A DNA stretch of 62,500 nt, filler included, from Platydemus manokwari (taxonomy: Eukaryota), in the NCBI GenBank assembly GCA_037951405.1. It is 6 parts of 6 records of this genome, joined end to end, with 100 filler letters (N's around TTAATTAATTAA, not from the genome) between each part and the next. Parts side by side here need not be neighbours in the genome. Positions count along the whole stretch, not along the records: positions 52,575 to 62,500 come from JBBMOY011188766.1; 5 more parts are not named here. One strand, written 5' to 3'. Below are positions 53,040 to 62,500 of this stretch, piece after piece. The notes beneath the pieces were generated by a model, which was given only the letters and a program-made list of their open reading frames with translations, was not told the DNA's origin and did no database searches. Positions within the stretch are counted from its first letter, which is position 1; every line of letters begins with the position of its first letter. Both the position numbers and the translations under genes were made by a program.

Positions 53040-53440
53040 AAATAGTAGGTTTTCAAGGAAACCGAAAATGTTGCCATGACAACTTAAGTGAAACACATTA
53101 GAAATTGTAATCGGGACAGCGATAAATAAATGAAACAGGCAAAACATTTTTTTAGAAAATTTAACCAATAACAGTGTAGGAATTGTGAAAGCAAAAACTA
53201 TGTAAACATATAGGAAAATGGGAGGAATTCTGGCGCAATTTGTCATCAACTGCCAGAAGAGTAATAAACAACCAACACGCATAAAACTTTTAGCACTATG
53301 AATGGTTAGCAAAGATGAATGAGTAAATTTTACTTGCAATTCAATTATCAACATGCGCAAGACGACCGTACCGTTTGGATTGATTTGTTACAGTTAGCAC
53401 TGCAGATTTGATCTCTTTCAATAAATTAAATCCCTTCGAC
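53040..53440 (+). mobile_element. Possible pogo/Tc1-like DDE transposase remnant
   Basis: Only short motifs: NETGKTFF (DETG-like) and ADLISFNKL (LQPLD..F..LK-like). Heavily interrupted. Confidence 0.22.
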
Positions 53441-55376
53441 TTTGTTTTTCATAGAGTTTGGTATAAATAGTTGTTTTATTCTGGTTTTTTTTATCAACTT
53501 CAGAACACAACACATTTCTTATTGATTTCTCTAATTTTCTAATAATAAATGTCTGATTATTCTCATATTCGTATCGATATTATTATTAGCACTCAACATA
53601 CGATTTATTCATTACCGAGTGTCAGATATTGGTAGAATTTCAGGTTTCTGAATTATCATTTAAGTTGTAATTTATTGGAGCCAATGGAAATAATTAGAAT
53701 CACTGAGCAAATTCCATCATCATCATTATTTTTATTATTATTTATACATTATTTTTTTAAACAAAAATACACATATGGATTGTGCTTTCCTAATTTTATG
53801 AGATTTATTATATTTGTGATTATAATCTTGCTAATTTGATGATGGCACATTGTTTATGGATTAATCAAAGGAGAAATCTGACTCAACTCATTTAGACATT
53901 TCCATTATTCTTGCATGGTCAATCAATTCGTTTAAAGAAATCGTTCTGCATTTCTCAAACTAAAATCAGCAATTCTTTCAACTAAATTTCTTCCAATCTA
54001 CGACAATGAAAATCCGCTTTTCTCAAAAAAATAATCAATCGCAAATCATTAAAAGCAAAAACGAATATAATCGACTCTTGATCATCGACTAATTTTTTCC
54101 TTTCAATTCAAAACCTCTTCTGAGAGAGAGAGAGAAATCTCATCATTCTGTTTTGTCGATTGATGAAAATTGGTATCTTGAAAAATAAATCTCGAATTAA
54201 TCAGTTAATGTATCGCCATTCTTTTTTTCAAATCAATTTATTTTTTGACGCAATCGATCCGCGACTAGCATCTTTGAATAGAATGAATGCGGTTTGAGAT
54301 TTTTTTATTTATCAAAGCAAAAACGAGGACTCGTTGAGATAGACAAAATCTGGAAAAATCTATCTCACATATTGGATAGAAATTATGGGATAATCAAATA
54401 TTGATTTTGTTGGATAGCTGAAACAAAGTAGCTGCTCTTTTTATTTTGTACATAACTATTCCACACTGATAATACACTTAAGTGATATATTTGAAGTAAC
54501 TAAAATATGCTTTTTTTAAAATAACGATAAAAGTTTTACTTTCAAAATGACTAAAATTCCATTTTGAGAATTTCAAAAGGACCTCCACTATATGCAGTAG
54601 GATTTTATTAGATAAAAGTATTAAGTTTTATTAAAATTATATTTATCGATTAGCTCATATAATGATTTTGAAACAATAATCCATATATCATTTTAATATG
54701 ATATATTAATATGAACAAGCCAATCAGAAACATTACCAACTTGATGAAAGTTGCTAATGACAATTCGATTATTCATTCACAATCCTCGCATTCTAAGATT
54801 TTATTTCAAAGCAAATAAATTATTTCAATGACGTGCCCAGTTCTTAGAAATTTTAATTATCAAAAGTTCCTCAATTGTTTTATAAGAAGATAAGTTTCAC
54901 TGAAACTGTTCCAAAGATAACTTTCTCCGTGTTGTCAATTTTTTACATTCGTTCCTTCCTTTATAATTGTGAAATGATATTTCTTATCGGAAGTTCGGGA
55001 ATTGGTTGAAGTACTTCAATGGTTTTATTTCGCTATTAAGATATTAGATTATATAAAACAAATCTACAATTAAAATTGAACTTTATATTCATCTCATCAT
55101 ATTTTTACATTTATTGATTGTATTTTATAATATTATTTCCGATAACTATTCCACATATTAGAGAAAGCAAATTTCTCTTTTTAAATACATAAAGAGTAAA
55201 ATTTTAAATCCATTAAGTGCAAAGAGATGACAAAAAATCATAACTCGAAGTTCGAATAAATCATAAAGTTCATAATTCAAAATGAAGTTTTATTTTATAG
55301 ATTAACTTGAATGGATATAAGGGGGTGATTTAACCCCCAATTATCAAAAATAGCAAGTTTTATCTAGAAATGTAAA

Positions 55377-55909
55377 TCAATTGTGTTTAAAATGACATTT
55401 CGAGCCGAATGGACACGATTCGTTTTTCAAAATGTAAATACAGCGCTCTGTTCTGATTCGTGGATGATATTTAGGCTTCCTTCGATCATCGTCTCCATGG
55501 GCAAATGCACAGTTCTCTCCTAAATTGCATTGCTTATTCTTTTTCCAGTGCTTGCAAATATCTTTTTTGTAATATACATTCTTCAGAATATTCTTGTATA
55601 CTTTGTTATCGAGCTTTGGAATAGGTTTGGGTTTCTGACCATTTGATAAGCTTGACAATGACGATCCACACAGACTGATTGCATCATCATTAGCAACATC
55701 TAATAATAATCAAGAAAGGAAATTGTGATAATGAATTTTAATAAATTTTAAAATAAATCACTGTTAATTATCTGAGGAAGGTGAGATGTCTGTGAATCGT
55801 ATGGTTGGTGGACAAAATCATTGGAATCGGTATCTATTGACGACGAAGACAGCTCATCGAATTGTTCATAATTCATATGAGAAGGAATAGGTACGATGTT
55901 TGAATACAT
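55377..55909 (-). CDS. TIS11/ZFP36-type tandem CCCH zinc-finger RNA-binding protein, 156 aa. Exons 55909-55762, 55699-55377.
   Basis: Two C-X8-C-X5-C-X3-H fingers with an 18 aa linker and lead-ins YKKDI / IRTER. Phase-1 62 nt GT-AG intron joins ATG exon MYSNIVPIPSH in frame. Confidence 0.88.
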
Positions 55910-56819
55910 CAATATTTCAATTATTAGAAATATTTATTTATCAAATAAAATAAATTGACTTTATTAAAACAAATTTTTCAATATTTTTTATTAAATGTTT
56001 TATTAAAAAACCAAGCACATATTTTTTGCTAACGATTGATTTTAATATTTAAGAATCTAATGATTTATTATCAATAATTATCAATAATTATCAATAATTG
56101 ATTATATATAAAATATAATACATATCAATTTCATGTTTCAAAACAATTTCTGTTTCCATCTTTGTTTGTAATGTCCATCTAGCGTGAATGAGTATGCTTT
56201 ATTGATATTTGATAACAAATTGTAGGGTAGAAATATAATAGGTCCATTCACGTGCAAATTTAAAATGAAAACCATTTACAAGGTTTTTATAATGTTTTAT
56301 TTAAACAATCCAGCATTGATTGATTCAACTGGACTTGCATTCATAACAATCGTCTCCATTAAATTAAGTTTTATCATCAATTATAGTTTAATCAATGAAA
56401 AAAAATTATTTTTTTTGAATAATCGAGAAAGCTAGAATTGGATATTTATTCGAAAAATATTGCTCGGAAATGAATCACCATACGCAAATAATCGAGGTCT
56501 AGAAAAGATTTCATCAGTAGAGTGGATACCATAGTTTTAATAATTTTTTTGTGCTATTATATTACGTGTGACAATGATTATTGAGGATTATACCAGTGTA
56601 TTTTCAACGTCGAGATCTTTATAAAACCAGTTTGTTCGGCAATAATATATTCTCTGGATTTTTACAATTTTCATTACTTCTTTCATAAGTTCTTCAACAT
56701 CAGTCGATTGAGAGGCAATTAAATGAACCCACCTGCTTTTGGAGCAATTATCGAGGCCACATGAACGGTTCTTGACTAAATTTGAGCTCACTATTTTTAA
56801 ACATGGTTAGTTATAAATG

Positions 56820-56844
56820 ATAATATTATTTCCATTATTATTAG

Positions 56845-56901
<57 letters not shown>

Positions 56902-56968
56902 CACTGTCATTATCATTACTGTCACTATAATCATTATTATTGTTATTTTTTCCATTATTATTAGCATG

Positions 56969-57000
<32 letters not shown>

Positions 57001-57060
57001 TCTTATTATTATCACTGGCATTATCATTACTGTTACTATAATCATTATTATTGTTATTTC
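56820..57060. repeat. Compound (ATT)n microsatellite organised as two ~120 bp higher-order copies
   Basis: TTCCATTATTATTAGCAT-(ATT)n-ATCACTG.CATTATCATTACTGT.ACTATAATCATTATTATTGTTATTT occurs twice. Confidence 0.9.
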
Positions 57061-58539
57061 AATTCCAATTATATTTTAATGAAGGAAGCGAGATTGATGT
57101 TGAATATCATTAAAAATCGAAAAAATAAAACGGGATTCTCATTTTAATCAAACAAAGTAATTCAATACGAGTGCAAGTAAAACTTGTCTGATTCTGATAT
57201 TTACTTCTAAACCTTTCCTATTTACTTAACTCATTTTCCTTTGAGAGTTTTTTACAAATACGACACCAGATATTTCCATATGGCGTAAACAAATAAAGCG
57301 GCAAATATTAGATCTATCTCTGCCAGTGAATATGACACCAACTAGCTAAGTATATTCGTGAAATTTTTCGTGGAAATCTTTAAGTTCTGCTTCGTTTATC
57401 ATCTTATAGCAACAATGAATTGGGGAATATTTTTCAAAAATTGTTTCGATTAAACATGGGCTATCGGATTATGCCGAGGTCTTTTAATAGGACGATTAGG
57501 GAATTACATTCGAATAATGAAGTCAATGATCGATAAAACAGATTTGATTTCATTCAAAATTAAACGTGAATTATATTGGGTTTGTCGAATATATATTTAT
57601 AAATAAATAATCAAAAAATATGCAAATAATCCACATAAAACACCGAGATAAATCCCAACAACGTGTTACTACTTAAATTATATTATCAAAAATGAGTGGA
57701 TTGCGAGGTCTCTCACACAAGCATTTATAATAGTCTTTTGCTCATTTCTTAATCACGATTCGATTTCAAGCAATTTCCAACCCCGGTAATTATATTCGAT
57801 GTTTTTATAATTGTAATCAAATTGCATCATTTTATAAACCATTTATCGTTCAAGAATAAAGAGGATTTACAGATGAAATATTGAATATGTTAGTTCTATG
57901 ATAAATCATTTTTTCTACTCATTTTTATGTCGTATTCATCAATACCAGATATCATCTTGAATCCGTTATTTTATTACCGATGATCAGAAAATTCTACACA
58001 CTTAATATATATTCACTGTTGTTTACCAGAGTGTCATTGATTCAGGCTTCCCGTCTGAATATCCTTCACAACGAACATACTGAAATTTTGGTAAGGAATA
58101 AACTAAGTATGAACACAATGGTATAAAGTAATATTTATATTTCTATGGTAACTTACAATGTCCAGGTAGTAAACTATGAGGTGAATCAATTACGATAAAG
58201 GAATAAAACAATGAGTGAGTAATCGATTTGAATTTTGAAGGAAAAATTGGAGGCAAAGGCTAAAATAATGAAGTTATCAAGATATCAGTGACTTGTTTAA
58301 GAATATTTGAGTTGAACGATTCAAGCTAACACTCGATATCCAAATATTACATATCATGGAAAATGGTTTATTTGACTGAGATGAATGAGTTGGCAAAACA
58401 AAAGAAATTGATCATCTAAAATAATCATCTAAAAGAAATCAACTCTAGTGCGTCTAACAATATATATAAAGTCGAAATCTCAAAACAGAAAAGCAATTTT
58501 GAATATTGAAACCCTTATTTTAGCACTTTAAGCATTTGC

Positions 58540-58800
58540 ATGCCAGCACAACCACACAGGCATAGCAACCAACCAATCATAAAGGACTTAGATGGAGAAT
58601 TCAAACTCGAAATAGAAATATAAGTACCCGATCTCAAATAATCAATAAATTCAATAGGAACTTAAGAAGTAAAAGATCAAATCAAAAAGGGATACAGAAA
58701 TTACACACGAATGTCAAATATAAATACGGATGTATAGATGGTCAACAGCCACTTAAAGACCGAGTTTTATGCCGTTATTATGTATGCATTTCCGATGCAT
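58540..58800 (+). repeat. Dispersed repeat family F2, copy 2
   Basis: Inverted match to ~29700-29980. Confidence 0.7.
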
Positions 58801-61781
58801 TTTGTTGGCCTAGAGAGTCGTTTGTGAACATACTGCCTATGATGAATTTTGTGAATTATAAATTGTAACCCCCATTTATTTGGACCGCAACAATATATAT
58901 AACGTAACGCAGTAAATTAAAGAAAATATTAAATTGGAGAAAAATTTAATATTCAGATAAGATAAATTACTCGATGTGTATGATGAAAGGTATTGTCAGA
59001 AACCTCCATTCAGTGGTGATTTTCAATAGCCTCAAAGTAATTTTAGTAGCTATTTTAAACAAAATAAACCAATATTGTCGAATATGTCATTTCTCCAATA
59101 GGCTATCTGAATTGAATTGATTTTCTGAAAGCAGTCATGAAATTCAACTTGTTCTCCTTCGTTTATGCTGCAAATTATTGGATTAAACTATTTCTAATAA
59201 AAATCCTTCATTTGATAATCTTTTAAACTTTAAAGCTGAGTAGATTTACGTCACTCATTTTATTTTAAAGGAATATTCATAATTATTAAATATTTTTATT
59301 AGAAATATTTTATCAAATTAATCTCAAGATTATTGGCACAAAATCAATTAAATTTTTACATTGATTTTAAAGTGTCAATTCAATTCAGAAAATCAATTGC
59401 AGAAGCCACAAAGCTGAAATTTTGATAACTTGAAATCTAAATTTAAAATATCGAAATCCCTCGAAAGATTAAACCGTAGTTGTGATAAGTAAAGTTATGA
59501 AATTATTGGAAATGCTGCCGGAACACTGTGAACTCAATATTTCATCACTTGGTTTTTTCCAATTTCCTTATTCAATTATCGAACATGGATTTCTAATAAA
59601 AATTCACCAAAAAGTCAGTTCAGTATCAGATTAAACAAATCCCTAAAACTCTACTGCAAAACACCATTTCAGTAGTATCGATTAATTACTGGTTCACCGG
59701 AATGAAGTAACATGGTCAAATTAAAAGATTTTCAGAACGATGAGAAAACACTAAAACAACATCGGTCAAAAATACAATAATAATCAACCTAATATCTCAA
59801 GTCTATAATTAAAAGACTATTCAAAGCCTCTTTAAAAGCTCTTCGCTGTCCTTCATATTTACGAATTATTATTTTCTCCACTCATTGTATTCATCAAGGT
59901 AAAGCAAAAAATAATTATTATGTAGAGGAAAATGTGCATTAAGAAGACATCGTTATATTCTAGCTGTCATAAGGAGAAACTGCGCTAAATGTTGATACAT
60001 AACGATAAATTATAGATTATTGTCGATGCTATTGGTGAAATGTGAAATATCATTACATGGTATTTTATGATTGCTATGAGATGCTCATTTCATTAAGTCA
60101 CCTGAAAAGAGGAATGAATGAACTCATTAGCAAACCGTGACTTCTTTCGTGATCTATTCACGCGAACTCATTAAATATTTATATTTATATTTTCGGGTAT
60201 GTTATCTTGCTGCTGGATTTGTGGAACTTTTTGAGCAATCTATCAGTCTCGTCAGTTCATTAACATGCAACGTCATTAATAATTTCCCTTCCAGATTGAT
60301 TTATATCTTCCGTTAGATCAAGATTTTTAGAAAAATGCTCGTAAATATTTTAGAATTAATTATACAATGATAATAATAATAATAATAATAATAATTTTTA
60401 TTATTATTATTAAATTCATTATTATTACTAACGAATTCCGATCAAGATCGATCATTTTTATACTATTCGATGTTTTTGAACGAAATTGCAGCTTCTAATC
60501 TCAAACCATGATCAATATTATAATAGGCAACTAATGTTTGATAAAAAATTATTTATTTCAGTGATTTCGGAATATTTTCATTTCAAAATAAGCTGAAATC
60601 TCCTGAACGAATAATCCACCCCATTTAGAACACATAAATCAAATTATTTCGGATAAGGCGTTCGAATAGAATTATAATGCAGCTGTCAAATTATTGAAAT
60701 CCCGGGAGATCATTTCAATCCACCGAGAAATATTATGTCAATAAAGTACCAGAATATAATGATTCTAATGTCAAATTATTCTAATGTTTGGAATATATTC
60801 CTGGGGTTATCTAAAAGAATCTGAATTATCTGGTTTTAAATCTTTTCAATAAATTGTAGTGTTTTGCTTTGGAAAGAGACCTTATGTTTCCATACTTATT
60901 TTGAAATGACATGGTTCTAAACAATGTTGACTTATTGAATTCTTCAGAACGTCTCTGAGAATCTTTAAAAAGCTTTAACTCCAAACTGTTATCCCTCGAG
61001 ATGGATTGTTTTAAACTTTTTTCCAATGTATGTTTTTACCACAAGTGTAATTCCAGATTTGATTAGCTGCAGTAATAAATCCATCAATGATTTTGAAATA
61101 TTAATTCTCATGTGTTTACATGTTAATATATCACAACGTAGTTGTTAGATCGGATATTAATAATAAAATGAAATAGTGGTAATAATACTAGTAAGCATAC
61201 AGATGTCGAACAGATATTGACCATTTTTAATAATCTAAATATCATAAAAGTGATCTTAAAATAGGCCTATTATACAAATAAATTTATATCATAATGTCTC
61301 TGACTACAATCATCTAAAGGATTATCGATTATACTGTTCTTTATTTGTGTAAGGTGAATAGTTTATTAAGACCTGAAACAAAATCTACTGACAAAGGACT
61401 TGAAACATTTGAAGCTAATAAAAACGAATTAAATTTCTTAGATAAGATTCAAATAATCTTTTTTTCTAGCTAACAAGTTTCATTACTTTACTTTTGCAAA
61501 ATAAATTTCAAAATAAGAAAATATTTCAATTTTAAATTGACATGACAAAAAAATTTAATATTTTTATTTTACACTTAAGGTACCATTGTAAAAAAGTATA
61601 AATTTGCTTTAATTAATAAATTTAATATAAATTCTACTATTTTATTACTCTGAAATGCTTTAATAATAAATTTTATTTTAAATTATATACGATTAAATTT
61701 TTTACTTTTACTAAATAGAGTTCATTTCTCAAGGTCACGCGTTAATTATTTAAAAATGTTATATTATAAACTATGTTGAAT

Positions 61782-61837
61782 TAATGATATATTATTAATG
61801 ATATATTATTAACGATATATTATTAATGATATATTAT
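61782..61837 (+). repeat. 14 bp tandem repeat x4 (TAATGATATATTAT)
   Basis: Four consecutive units, one with a T>C change, ending 6 bp before the ATG at 61844. Confidence 0.9.
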
Positions 61838-61843
61838 TTTTAG

Positions 61844-62078
61844 ATGGAAAACATGTTGAAATTAAAGAACAAATATCTTCATATTCTGTTATTCATTGGC
61901 ATCATTATTTTGATCTATCAGATTTATCGTTACAACATGTCACCAAAGTCATGCATCTATCGGAAATACTCAAAAATCTCAATCCACGAATACCAAACCA
62001 AAGACTCGTGCTTGTTTACTTGTGGACATGTGATGGTGTATTCGAAACCGAGCGATTTGCAATATGATATATTGGTTG
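61844..62078 (+). CDS. First exon of a type II membrane protein (glycosyltransferase-like topology), possibly a pseudogene
   Basis: Short basic N-terminus, TM YLHILLFIGIIILIYQIY, Cys-containing stem, donor G|GTAAAT near 62079. The next acceptor (62156) leads to early stops in all frames. Confidence 0.45.
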
Positions 62079-62329
62079 GTAAATTGATATTGATCATTAT
62101 ATATTCAATCATTATTTATTATCGATACATATTTTCGTTGATAACAAACATTTCAGTATGAGCTTTGTTGATGGCAATCAATGAATCGTGACGATTATTA
62201 CATGCATGATTTATCTGGATTGAGTTATCTGTGTGACTATGTTTGATTGTTTGTGATTTGATGAATGAGTTATCGATGGTCATGGCGGCTTTTACGATAT
62301 GTACTTTGAAATCAATATTTTTTAATGAG

Positions 62330-62500
62330 GCGTAATAATAATAATTGTAATAATAATTATTATTATCATAGTAATAATAATAACAACAACAAAAACAATG
62401 ATTATCATAGTAATAGTAATAATCATAATTATAATAATAATAATTATAATTATTATTATTATAAGAAAAAGAAGAAAAACTACAATAATAATAATGATTA
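62330..62500. repeat. Degenerate (AAT)n microsatellite
   Basis: Continuous AAT/ATT/AAC triplets to the window end. Confidence 0.85.

Noticed and set aside
53070-53083. X-box-like GTTGCCATGACAAC
   Set aside because: Lies within a TE-like relic with no associated gene start.
56797-57045. Poly-Ile ORF
   Set aside because: Translation of the (ATT)n microsatellite.
1-62500. CRISPR arrays, tRNA, rRNA, prokaryotic operons
   Set aside because: No regularly spaced repeat-spacer array or recognisable structural RNA seen by eye; gene structure is spliceosomal and eukaryotic. A tRNAscan-SE/Infernal run would be needed to exclude RNA genes.

Overview
AT-rich eukaryotic (metazoan-like) draft-assembly window. 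It has short GT-AG introns (37-130 nt), abundant (ATT)n repeats and six assembly gaps, five carrying an artificial TTAATTAATTAA spacer. The overall style resembles planarian/flatworm genomes (inference only). Recognisable host genes are WDR82/SWD2 (6 exons, minus), intronless CWC15 (plus), a TIS11/ZFP36-type tandem CCCH zinc-finger gene (minus), a Shisa-like membrane protein gene (minus), the 3' part of an FN3 plus transmembrane receptor gene (plus), and a multi-exon hypothetical gene convergent with CWC15. Much of the rest is decayed mobile DNA: a Maverick/Polinton pPolB fragment, Ty3/gypsy gag and pol relics, a restriction-like-endonuclease non-LTR retrotransposon, a MITE-like family and several dispersed repeats. 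The least explained structure is at 38.2-41.2 kb. It holds three diverged copies (one inverted) of a 0.5-0.8 kb unit with palindromic upstream motifs, a TATA box and a positionally conserved short intron; the two plus-strand copies also show a poly(A) signal. There is no conserved ORF, so it is either a spliced ncRNA/micropeptide gene family or intron-containing solo LTRs. No CRISPR, tRNA or rRNA was recognised. All gene models were built by eye and need transcript confirmation.
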